Part shown: positions 1 through 11,090 of the stretch, piece after piece | How the letters are laid out: each line of letters begins with the position of its first letter | How positions within the stretch are numbered: the first letter of the stretch is position 1 | NCBI RefSeq assembly: GCF_004010195.1 | Contig: NC_057719.1 | Coordinates: forward strand, 32,496,529 to 32,554,051 | DNA: 57,523 nt | DNA from: Chiloscyllium plagiosum | Lineage: Eukaryota | Reading direction: 5' to 3' | Position numbers and translations under genes: made by a program | The notes under the pieces: model-generated | The model's database searches: none | The model's input: the letters and a program-made list of their open reading frames with translations, nothing else | Told to the model about the DNA's origin: nothing

Positions 1-906
1 CCCTGCCTGCCCTGACTGTTTGACTCACTCCTGTTCTCAGCTGTACCCGTCTCAGATTGATCTCTTCACTCTCTCCCTGGGTCCCCCCCCCCCCTCCCCC
101 CCCACCACCTCCCAAGTTTAAATCCTCCCAAGCAGTTCTAGCAAATTTCCCTCACAGTATATTAATCTCCTTCCAATTTAGGTGCAATCCATCCTTCTTG
201 TACAGGTCACTTCTACCCCAAAAGAGATTCCAATGATCCAAAAATGTGAATCCTTCTCCCAAACCAGCTCCTCAGCCATGAATTCATCTGCTCTATCCTC
301 CTATTCCTGCCCTCACTAGCTCGTAGCACTGGGAGTAATCCAGAGATTACTACCCTTGCGGACCTCCTTTTTAAATTTCAGCCTAACTCTCTGTAATCTC
401 CCTTCAGAATCTCAACCTTTTCCCTTCCAATGTCATTGGTTCCAATGTGGACAATGACCTCCTGCTGTTCCCTCTCCCCTGTGAGAACATTCTGCACCCT
501 CTCTGAGACATCCTTGATCCTGGCACCAGGGAAACAACACACCATTCTGCTTTTTCTCTGCTGGCCACAGAAATGTCTGTCTGTACCTCTGACTACAGAA
601 TCCCCTCACACAGTTGAACTCTTCGAAGCTGATGTACCCCTCGTTGCATTAGAGCATGTCTCAATACAAGAAACTTGGCTGTTCATGCTACGTTCCCCTG
701 AGGATCCATCACCCTCTACATTTTCCAAAAACAGCATACCTGTTTGAAATGGGTATATCCACAAAAGACTCCTGCACTAGCTGCCTACCTCTCTTACCCT
801 TCCTGGAGTTAACCCATCTATATGACTGTATCTGAGACTTTCTCCCCTCCCTATAACTGCCATCCATCACATACTGTTGCTGTTGCCAATTCCTCATTGC
901 TTCTAT
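1..906 (-). mobile_element. CR1-clade LINE 5' part: ORF1 with SGNH/GDSL esterase domain (element probably continues left of the window)
   Basis: Minus-strand translation gives IPISNRY (~735), GDSVVRGTDRHFCG (~604-563), VCCFPGARIKDV, VIVHIGTNDIG (~460-428) and LYKKDGLHLNW (~208-172). These are the SGNH blocks typical of CR1 ORF1p. The frame is broken by frameshifts and stops. Confidence 0.85.
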
Positions 907-2867
907 CTCCTAGATACATTTTCTCCAGCGTCACCTGAGCAAAGGCAACAGGCTCCACTGGTAAGCTGGCTCTCTCCAAGCCAGCTGTAGACCCCAGGAT
1001 TGCTCTGAGACACAGAAGGAGGAAAAAAAAACTTTGAGGGCACATACGTTCAGCTTTCATCATTTGGTCTTTGAACAAATATCTGTCCAATTGCAGTTAC
1101 AATGTTGAAGATGTACAGCTTAGTCATCCTTCCCACTGCACATTGTTTTATGGTCTAAAGTGTGAAGTGAGCAGCTCCTGTAAAGGATGATTGTGTCATG
1201 TAATACTGTTGCACTTTGAAGGGGAATGTGAAGATCTCTCCCTCTCAGAGTGAAGCACTCTAGGTGTAGTGGCAGCCAATTTCAACTCCATTGTGCACTT
1301 GGTATTTTACAGCACAGTGAAAGAAAGCAGTTGTCACTCTTTACAAAATGAGTCTCAGATTCTGACTCTTCCTCGATGAATTCTCCCATTCCCTTCCTGG
1401 TAGCCTGAGCAGGAAATCCTACTTGCAGCATTCCCACTCAACTCATCTATCTAAATCTTCATTTCTGCAAATTACCACACACAGTCCTAGGCACATTGAC
1501 TCAATATGGCAGATAAAGTTGCCTAGTGTACTTCCCCATTCCCTCTTTGAAGCCAGAATATTGCTGCTTATCAATGAACCTCCCCTCCTGCATTAACCTT
1601 TTCCCTTCAATGTTGTCACCTACTTCCCCCTAAAATATTGTGTTTCTCCCCTTTTCATAACATTTCGCCATTCCGCCTCAAGCTCACACAATGGAACTTC
1701 CCATGGCAATGGCCCCCGATTGACCCCAAGTACTGAGCATGGCTGACCCAGTTGACCTAACCTCGCAGACTACCCCAAGAAATGAGTGGCGATCATACAA
1801 TGTTACTCCCCACTGAAAAACAATACTTTGAACAAAGGCGATGAAAGAAATATTTCCTCTAACCATATTTTAATATTTAATAATCCTCTTCATTGATAAA
1901 TATTTGACAACTGTTAGAATCTAAAAATCCCAAACCAAATGTTATATTCTTATCACAAAGTGATCTGTTTTCCTACAAAAGATAAGCCTGTGACTTATAG
2001 TAGAATTCCTTGTTTTCATATTGTTCCTTAATATTTTAAAACATTTGAGTTTAGGATAGAGTTCAGAAAGTCATTATTAAATGTGGATTCACAACTTTTA
2101 TGAACTTGACAATGCTATGATATTTTATACTTATCCTGAAAATAACATTCAGACTTAGTTTATTCTGATGATTTGCACCATTAAACAGTTTAACTCCATT
2201 GTGACTTGATTGCCTGCTTTGTCGGATTTCCCAAATGCAGTTTACTGTTCTGTCCATGCATGGTAGTCAATGTTAATGGCTGGGTAAGCCTGGCACTGGG
2301 GAGATTTTAGCCTGTCACAAAGCAACATAGAGCAATGGCAGTGAATGCAATATGTTTTATTGTTGGAACATTGACAGACTTCTGATTGACAAATGGAACT
2401 GGATTAGTGTTGGTGGCCTGGCCAAAGGAAATCTCTATTTCTGCCCAGGTGAAGAGCTTGTTTTGCTTATAATGATCAACCTGCTTGGCTGACTGCACTG
2501 CTTTAACCATTGAACAATTGTTTTTCAACTTAAAGAATTCTGATAAAGTGTCATCCAGCACTATGATCCAGTCTCTTTCAAAAATATTCCTCAATGTCTC
2601 ATCTTGGCAATACCTGCAGGGCCATATCAGATCCTTTCAGTCTTAAGTTTCTGGCTGCATGGATCTGACATTACTGATAGTGCTCTCTCAGATTCAGTAT
2701 AATGAATATGAACAAGTTCTAGTGCAAGGAGTAGCATGTTAATGTCATCGCTGAGTAAGAAGCTATGATAAAGCCTGCTGCTGAAATAAATAGATTCTTA
2801 AACCAATGCTGAATCCCTTAGTCCAAGTGGGTCTCCTGAAATAAAATCACACTTAAAGAAAAAATAC

Positions 2868-3129
2868 AATCCCTACAGTATAGAAGCAGGACATTCAGCC
2901 CATAGGGTCCACACCAACTCTCCAAAGAACATCCCACCCAGATGCATGTTCCCATGGCCAATCCACCTAGTTTGCCCATCTCTGAACTGTGGGAGCACCT
3001 GGATAAAGGTCACACCAGACATAGGGAGAACATTCAAACTCCACACAAACTGTTGCCCAAAGCTGGAACCAAACCTGGGTCCCTCGTGCTGGGAAGCAGT
3101 AGTGTTAAAGACTGAGCCACCATGCCACC
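2868..3129 (-). mobile_element. HE1-like tRNA-derived V-SINE (degraded)
   Basis: The minus strand starts GGTGGCATGGTGGCTCAG (A box), has the GTGTGGAGTTTG core, and ends in a CR1-like tail. It is similar to the copy at 36036-36359. Confidence 0.8.
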
Positions 3130-4227
3130 TGCAATAGGATTAAGGCAAAGAAATAAGAAACAGAAATACAAAAAAAGTTTTAAAAAAATGTCTGACAATA
3201 ATTAAAATTTGAGAGAATGAGACTCTACATTTTCAAACTTAATTTTCAATGTCAGCAGTGAAGTTTGAAAGACTTATCATGTTGCAATAATCCATTTATA
3301 GTAGAACAGACATGACTCAACATTTCCCGGTGAACTTAAGAGTGCGACTATGTTGATTGTCCTGCTGATAGCAAGGGGCCTGATGGAACAGGAAATCTGG
3401 CACATTAACTCACTGTTACAGATGTGATTGAGTTTGTATTTAATGGAAGTTGCTCTTTAATTCATTCCTCTCTGGTGGTTTCACTGAACGGAATCTTACA
3501 GAGGTCAGAACAACATGGGCTATGATTAGATTTATGATAGAATCAGGTGCGAGCTCGAGAAAGATCCATTTCAACATTGGCAGGTGATTACTGTGGCTTT
3601 TATGCATTTGCTGAGTGGCAAGGCAAGTCTCTTAATAGGCAGCGGGGAGTTGCTAATTACGGGAGATTATACCTTATTAAATGCCTTAAATTTCCTCAAG
3701 AACTTTCAGCTTCCTACCTTACCAAACATGTCAAAGGACCTAGACATTGCGCAATTTCAGCAGGGGGCGGGGGTCAGAGCGGGTACATAACAATGACAGC
3801 TCACTGGCGGCTATAGGAAAGGCTCTCTGTTGCTCAGCTCCAAACAGCACCTCAGGGCACAAACCTGAGCTACCTGCTGCACACACCTCTCGTAGCCAGA
3901 CATTGGCATTCGACATTTGCCAGCTGCACATGCTATCATGACACCTCTCCAATCCACTTGTAAGGAGCACAGACTGACATTGCAGATAGCACTGGAAACT
4001 AGCATTGAACAAGTTGCTGCAGGCAGATTTGCATGGAGGGACAGGCACCCAACTGGACGAAGGCAGCACCTCAGGCCCATTTGCTTGTTCCCTTAGCACT
4101 TACCTGCATGCGTGCAGCATCCATGCCTTGCTGTGCCATGCCTGTTAGCTGTTGGATCTAACTGTCCAGTCAGTCAGTACTGCCATGTTGGCAAGGGGTT
4201 TTGTGCAGACATTAGATTCAAAAAGTG

Positions 4228-4312
4228 TCGTGCAGGAAAAGCACAGCCCATCAGGCAGCATCCAAGGAGCAGAAGAGTTGATGTTTCAAGCATAAGCAGT
4301 TCATCAGGAATG
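4228..4312 (-). mobile_element. Penelope-like pLTR fragment with hammerhead-like motif
   Basis: Similar to the PLE ends at 4540-4640 and 5735-5825. The minus strand reads CCTGATGAACTGCTTATGCTTGAAACATC. Confidence 0.7.
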
Positions 4313-4539
4313 TGCAGACACACAGACAGAATGCTTGTTGTACTTGTCAGTGGGGAATTGCCTGCCGTGAGGGGTCAAAGGGAGGTATTTTGCTGCATAG
4401 CACATTGTGATACTCATCTAGCACTGAAAGCATGTGGCATACAGCCAGAGACTGGCTAGGGTTAGCCTTAGGTACAGTCAAGGGGATCCCAGAGCTTTCA
4501 GGCACAGGAACAGTGAGCATGCAGTCCTGCAGAGCCAGT

Positions 4540-5869
4540 ATCTAGATTAGAGTGGTGTTGGAAAAGCACAGCAGGTCAGGCAGCATCCGAGGAGCAAGAA
4601 AATTGACAGTTCGGGCATAAGCCCTTCATTAGGAATGGAGGCAGGGAGCCTCCGGGGTGGAGAGAAAAATGGGTAGGGGGGAGATAGGGAGAACATAGCA
4701 AAGTGTACAATGTGTGGATGGAGGTGGGGATGGAGGTGATAGGTCAGAGAGGAGGGTGGAGTGGATAGGTGGGAAGGGAGGTTGGCAGGTAGCACAGATC
4801 ATGAAGATGGTGCTGAGCTGGAAAGTTGGAACTGGGGTAAGGTGGGGGGAGGGGAAATGAGGAAACTGGTGAATCCATATTGATGCCTTGAGGTTGAAGT
4901 GTTCCGAGGTGGAAGATGAGGCGTTCTTCATCTAGGCGTCGGGTGGTGAGGGAGTGGCAGCATTAGAGGAGACCCAGGACTTGCATATCCTCGGCAGAGT
5001 GGGAGGGGGAGTTGAAATGGGCCACAGAGCGGTGGGGTTGATTGATGCGGGAGTCCCGGAGATGTTCCCTAAAGCGCTCTGCGAGGAGGCCTCCAGTCTC
5101 CCCAATGTAGAGGAGACCACATCGGGAGCAACGGATACAATAAATGACATTGGTGGATGTACAGGGCATCAATGTGGACTTCATTTCCCCTTCCCCCACC
5201 TCACCCTAGTTCCAAACTTCCAATATGGATGAGATGAGTTGGAGGGCATCTTCAACCACTTGGGAAGGGAAATTGCGGTCTCTAAAGAAGGAGGCCATCT
5301 GGTGTGTTCTGTGGTGGAACTGGTTCTCCTGGGAGCAGATATGGCAGAGGTGGAGAAATTGGGAATATGGCATGGCATTTTTGCAGGATGTAGAGTGGGA
5401 AGAGGTTTAATCTCCACCGCCATTCCCTCACCACCCAATGCCTGGAGGATGAATGCATCATCTTCTGCCTCAGAACACTTCAACCCCAGGGCATCAATGT
5501 GGACTTCACCAGTTTCCTCACCCCCCCCACCTTACCCCAATTCCAACCTCCAGCTCAGCACCATCCTCATGACCTGTCCTACCTGCCAATCTTCCTTCCC
5601 ACTTATCCACTCCATCCTCCCCTCTGACCTATCACCTTCATCCCCACCCCCATTAACCTATTGTACTCTTTGCTACCTTCTCACTAGCCCCACCTCCCAC
5701 CCCAATTTATCTCTCCACCCTGGAGGCTCCCTGCCTCCGTTCCTGATGAAGGGCTTTTCCCCGAAACGTCGATTTTCCTGCTTCTCGGATGCTGCCTGAC
5801 CTGCTGTGCTTTTCCAGCATGACACTAATCTAGACTCTGGTTTCCAGCATCTGCAGTCCTCACTTATGC
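4540..5869. mobile_element. Penelope-like element copy 1: rearranged, inverted termini, retains GIY-YIG endonuclease relic
   Basis: ORF 4963-5199(-) reads CTSTNVIYCIRCSRCGLLYIGETG..AERFREH (GIY-YIG). An RT C-terminal piece PYSQF...HQMASFF lies at ~5225-5400(-). The two ends are reverse complements of the same 3' region. Flanking direct repeat CCTGCAGAGCCAGT (4526-4539) / CCTGCAAAGCCAGT (5870-5883). Confidence 0.9.
5739..5774 (+). ncRNA. Minimal type I hammerhead ribozyme motif in the PLE pLTR (best-preserved copy)
   Basis: CTGATGA (5743-5749), A, stem II GGG(C)-TTTT-(C)CCC, GAAA (5763-5766), then CGTC giving a palindromic ACGT mini-stem III and a GUC cleavage triplet. Stem I is weak (TC/GA). 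Confidence 0.6.
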
Positions 5870-6117
5870 CCTGCAAAGCCAGTGGTCAGGGGCCTGGTCA
5901 GTTATGTCCAGGGACCTCTCACTGAAGTCATTCAGAAGTCTTGGATGAATACTGTCCTGGAAGTCTCTCCATCCGATGAAGAAAGATTCATGGGAGGCTT
6001 GTAGGTTTCACGGCTATGGACATGGTGGGAGGAACCAAGTTTAGGATGTGGCGTGGACCAGAGGATTTTTTAAAAATGGGAACAAGGACAGTGACAGTGG
6101 GAGGGCGAGAAACACAA

Positions 6118-6443
6118 GGTATAAGGTGATTAGGGGTTTAGATAGGGTCGACAGTGAGAATCTTTTTCCACGTATGGAGTCAGCTATTACAAGGGGTCAT
6201 AGCTTTAAATTAAGGGGGGGTAGGTATAGGACAGATGTTAGGGGTAGGTTCTTTACTCGTGAGTTCATGGAATGCCCTGCCAGTAGCAGTGGTGGACTCT
6301 CCCTCATTATGGGCATTTAAGGGGCACTGGATAGGCATATGGAGGATAGTGGGCCAGTGTAGGTTAGGTGGGCTTGGATCGGCGCAACATCGAGGGCCGA
6401 AAGGCCTGTACTGCACTGTATTCTTCTATGTTCTATGTTCTAT
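6118..6443 (+). mobile_element. CR1/HER1 LINE 3' end
   Basis: Encodes YKVIRGLDRVD..LFP..TRGHSFKL..RFFT and ends in a (TTCTATG)n tail. Confidence 0.85.
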
Positions 6444-8284
6444 AATGGGACTATGTGGAACAACATTGGAAGGCTATGATAGGAGGGGGGCAGGCACAGT
6501 GGTGAGTTACCGACAGTGAACAACACAATGACATGCCAGTGAGGGGTGCGCTGGATTGCCAATGCTCGTTCTTTAAAGGGAGTGGAGGCACAAGGAATTT
6601 TGCTCTTTGTGTAGCGGCTGAGTGGCAGGTTGCGCTGAAGGTACCTGGTAAGATCGGATTGGAACTGGATGTGAAGGATTCAATTGAGTGGAGTGGGTTG
6701 TTAATGAGATATGTTTAATCAGATCCATGAGATTTCTCATTGGATGTCACAGTGTGAATCCCTCCAAAAACTCAACAAAATTTGCACTTAGCCTTAAAGT
6801 GTAAGATTCAGCCCAATGTTTTTTAAATATGCAAATGCTAATCATTAATTGCTCATAAAGGTGATGCCTATTACTCTTTAAAATGCCACCGATGCACAAA
6901 TTGCATTTGTTCTCAGTATTGGATAATATTAATAGAGAGAATTGTCTGGATATTTCCAGAGTGCATCCACAAGAATATCCATGAGCATTTATTCTGTGAG
7001 GGAAACATTTGTTCACTGGAAAATTCATTTTTTCCAAACCCAGTCAGAGAACACTCGTGCATAAGATAACAAGATGAAGCACCAACACAAGGTGATTTCC
7101 TTTTTCTTCAGTCACAAGAGGCTCTTTTTAAACATAACGCATGACAACCCATTTCAGAGAAGTGCTTAAGGATGTAACTGCTATGTGAAATGAAAGTCTG
7201 ACTGGCATAAAATCCACTTCAACATTTTGTCTTTATAAACCACAAATGAATTGTTTTGGATCAAATCAGAAAATAAGTCCAATTTTTGTTATTTATTGAA
7301 GTTTTGAGGCTTTTTTTCTAAGGCATATATCACCATATTTCAAGTTTAGGATAGGACTTCAACTCAATTTCGGATCTTTAAGCAAAATGAGATCAATTAG
7401 TTTACCTAATTTTACATGGACAGTGTCCAACAAATTATTAAGAAATGCTTAGAATGAAAGAAATCAAGGAGGCACCTCTGGTTTTACTATACAGTATTCT
7501 GGTGTCTCAAATAATGAGTTTGTGCTCCTTCCCTGAGAATGCCCTTTTGGAAGACAATGTGCTATGATAACACAAACTCAGTGATGAAGCAGGGATAATG
7601 GCTCTATTCTATCATGCTCCAGCCATTGTAGCAATTGTGAATAGTACAATAAAAATGAGCCCAGATTCTTTCTATTGGTTGCTAGTATCCCTATTCCACG
7701 GAATAGGCATTTGCACTACATCAGGTACAATATAAGACATTTGCTTTTATTTGTCTTACCAGTTTAAGCTTTATAAATTCAAATTGCCTTGAAACAAACT
7801 TATTAAGTTGGTGATCAGTCTCATCAAGCTGTGTTCAGTCTACTGCATATATTTATTAACTTATACAATTATGTAACAACATGGAAGGATTTCGCTCATT
7901 CTGTCTGTGCTGGTTCTGTGAAAGGGCCATCCAATTAGTTCCATTCTCATTTTGTTCTGTTCCAATTGTGCTGCAATGCTTTTCATTTTTGAGTAAAATC
8001 CTTTTTTGAATTCGATCCGCATTGAATTATGATTTCAGACAGAGCTTTCAGCTCATAACGCTTTGTAAAAATATTTCACCTCATTTCATACTGCAATTTT
8101 TACAATTATTTAAAAATTCATCTACTTGGTTACTGATCCTCATGTCAAATAGTAACTGAATCTCCCTATTCCTTAGTTAGGATTTGCAATACTTTCTATT
8201 GCTATTTAATGAGCGTTCACCATAAATCAAATTTCTATCTTTTCTGTTCCATTATCCCACTTGGTGGGACTGCCCTAATTTAAC

Positions 8285-10254
8285 AGGCAACAGTGAGGAC
8301 TGCAGATACTGGAGATCAGAGTCTAGAATGGAGTGTGCTGGAAAAGCACAGCAGGTCAGGCAGCATCCAAGGAGCAGGAAAATCTACATTCCATGCAAAA
8401 GCCCTTCGTCAGGACTGAAGGCGGGGAACCTCCAGGATGGAGGGAGAAATGGCAGGAGGGGTGGGGGTGGGGAGANNNNNNNNGAAAGATGAGGCGTTCT
8501 TCCTCCAGGCGTTGGGTGGTGAGGGTGCGGTGGTGGAAGAGATCCAGGGCGTGCATGTGAGGAGCGGGGTGGGGGGTTCTGTCCTTGTTGGAGGGCGGTG
8601 GTGCGGGATGTGGATGAGATGCGTTGGAGGGCATCTTTAACCACGTGGGAAAGGAAATTGTGGTCTCTAAAGAAGGAGGCCATCTGGTGTGTTCTGTGGT
8701 GGAACTGGTCCTCCTGGGAGCAGATATGGCAGAGGCGGAGGAATTGGGAATATGGGATAGCATTTTTGCTGGAGGTAGGGCGGGAAGAGGTGTAATCCAG
8801 GTAGCTGTGGGAGTCGGTTGGTTTGTAAAAAATGTCAGTGTGAAGTCAGTCATCACTGATGGAGATGGAGAGATCCAGGAAGGGGAGAGAGGTGTCAGAG
8901 ATGGTCCAGGTGAATTTAAGGTTGGGATGGAATGTGTTGGTGAAGTTGATGAACTGCTTAACCTCCTCACGGGAACACGAGGTGGCACCAATGCAGTCAT
9001 CAGTGTAGCGGAGGAAGAGGTGGGGAGTGGTGCCGGTGTAACTACAGAAGATGGACTGTTCTACGCAGCCAACAAAGAGACAGGCAAAGCTGGGGCCCAT
9101 ACGTGTGCCCATGGCTACCCCTTTGGTCTGGAGGAAGTGGGAGGATTCGAAGGAGAAATTCTTAAGGATGAGGACCAGTTCAGCCAAATGAATGAGAGTG
9201 TCAGTGGAAGGGTACTGTTGGGGACGTCAGGAGAGGACGAAATGGAGGGCTTGGAGGCCCTGGTCATGGCGGAGGTATAGAGGGATTGGATGTCCATGGT
9301 GAAGATGAGGTGTTGAGGGCCGGTCAAACAGAAGTCTTGGAGGGGGTGGAGGGCTTGGGTGGTATCTCGAATGTATGTGGGGAATTCCTGCACTGGGGGG
9401 ATAGGATAGTATTGAGGTAGTTAGAGACTAGTTCGGTGGGGCAGGAGCATGTTGAGACAATGGGTCGGAATGGGTGGTCCGACTTGTGGATATTGGGAAG
9501 GAGGTAGAACCGTGCAGTATAGGATTCCCGGACTATGAGATTTGAAGCTATGAGTGGGAGATCTCCTGAGGTGATGAGGTTGTGTATGGTCTGGGAGATG
9601 ATGGTTTGGTGATGGGGGTTGGGCCATGGTTGAGGGGGCAATAGGAGGATGTGTCTTCGAGTTGGCGTCTGGCTTCAGAGGTATAAAGGACAGTGCGCCA
9701 AACTACCACTGCACCCCCTTTATCTATTAGTTTGATGATGAGGTTGGGATTGGAGCAGAGGGATTGGAGAGCTGCGCGTTGTAAGGGTGAGAGGTTGGAG
9801 TGGGGGAGGGGGGTAGACAGGTTGAGGCTGTTAATGTCTCGGCAGCAGTTGGAAATGAAGAGATGGAGGGCCTCATCTTCTGCCTCGGAACACTTTAATC
9901 CCAGGGCATCAATGTGGACTTCACCAGTTTCCTCATTTCCCCTCCCCCCACCTTACCCCAGTCCAACCTTCCAGCTCAGCACCATTTTCATGACCTGTCC
10001 TACCTGCCAATCTCCCTTCCCACCTATCCGCTCCATCCTCCTCTCTGACCTATCACCATCATCCTCACCCCCATCCACCCATTGTGCTCTTTGCTACCTT
10101 CTCCCCAGCCCCACCCCCTTCCATTTATCTCTCCACCCGGAGGCTCCCTGCCTTCAGTTCTGATGAAGAGCTTTTGCCCGGAATGTCGATTTTTCCTGCT
10201 CTTCGGATGCTGCATGACCTGCTGTGCTTTTCCAGCACCACTCTAATCTAGTCT
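8285..10254 (-). mobile_element. Penelope-like element copy 2: RT pseudogene with inverted terminal segment and perfect 15-bp TSD
   Basis: The minus strand encodes NLIIKLIDKGGAVVVW, RFYLLPNIHK..FRPIVS, MDIQSLYT, QTKGVAMGTRMGPSFACLFVG, FLRYTDD and LPFLDL, with frameshifts. The GIY-YIG core is deleted near 8570. Segment ~9870-10254 is an inverted copy of the 3' end. TSD CTGCCCTAATTTAAC at 8270-8284 and 10255-10269. An 8-N gap lies at 8476-8483. Confidence 0.92.
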
Positions 10255-10639
10255 CTGCCCTAATTTAACTCCAAGCATATTTATTCCATTGTTACCAAAA
10301 CGTAAAGTCTCATAATGACTCTTTTTTTAATCCCATTCCTGCATATTTATCTTCAGGAATCTTAAAATCTTTCTTTGCCATCTCTGCATTCTCTATATGT
10401 TACCCATTGTTAGTAAGGTCCAAAGGCACATGGGAAATGTATTCCCTCAGCACCATCTTAGGTACAGGGCACCGAGGTACAGGTACTTTAAGTGTTGTTA
10501 CAGAATTGCAACAGTAGAAAAAAAAGACAAGCAAAACTGAGCTTCAAAAATTCAGAAAGAAAAGACAAAGTATCTTTAAGTACTCAAGTTACAGTTCACT
10601 TCACTGAGTCTGTGCTGGCTGGGCTGTAGAACACAAGGC

Positions 10640-11090
10640 CTCGCTGCCTCCATGCGCTGGGCTCGGCCCACTGTCCGGCCTGGGCTCTGCTCCTGCACCT
10701 GCTCCTGCTCCAGGGGCAACTTGGCTCCCAGGATTCATCCCACTGACTGGCCTGGGCTTGCTCTGCTCTTGCTCCTGCTCCAGACACGACTTGACTCCCA
10801 GAACTTGGCCCATCATCCAGCCTGGGATTGCTCTGCTCCTGCTCCTACTCCTGCTCCTACTCTAGACGCGACTCAGCTCCCAGGACTCATCCCACTGGCT
10901 GGCCTAGACTTTGCTCCCTACACCTGCTACAGGCATGACTCAGCACCTAGGACTTGGCCCACCATCTGGCCTGGGCTAACTCTGCTCCTACTCCAGGTTC
11001 CGGCTGCAACTCCGATCCTAGCTCAGCCTGCTGTCACTCTGCTCCTGATACTGGCATAGCCCGCCCTCACTCTGCTCCCACTCCCAGGAC
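10640..11090. repeat. Degenerate GC-rich tandem duplication (~145 bp unit, two copies) leading into the minisatellite
   Basis: The motifs CTCCCAGGA(T/C)TCATCCCACTG(A/G)CTGGCCT and ACTTGGCCCA(T/C)CATC each occur twice, with (CTGCTC)n-like runs. Confidence 0.65.

Noticed and set aside
83..113. C-rich tract as an independent G-quadruplex regulatory element
   Set aside because: It lies within the CR1 ORF1 end region and is best explained as slippage in a TE-derived G run.
8624..9280. 218-aa plus-strand ORF
   Set aside because: It is the antisense shadow of the Penelope RT frame.
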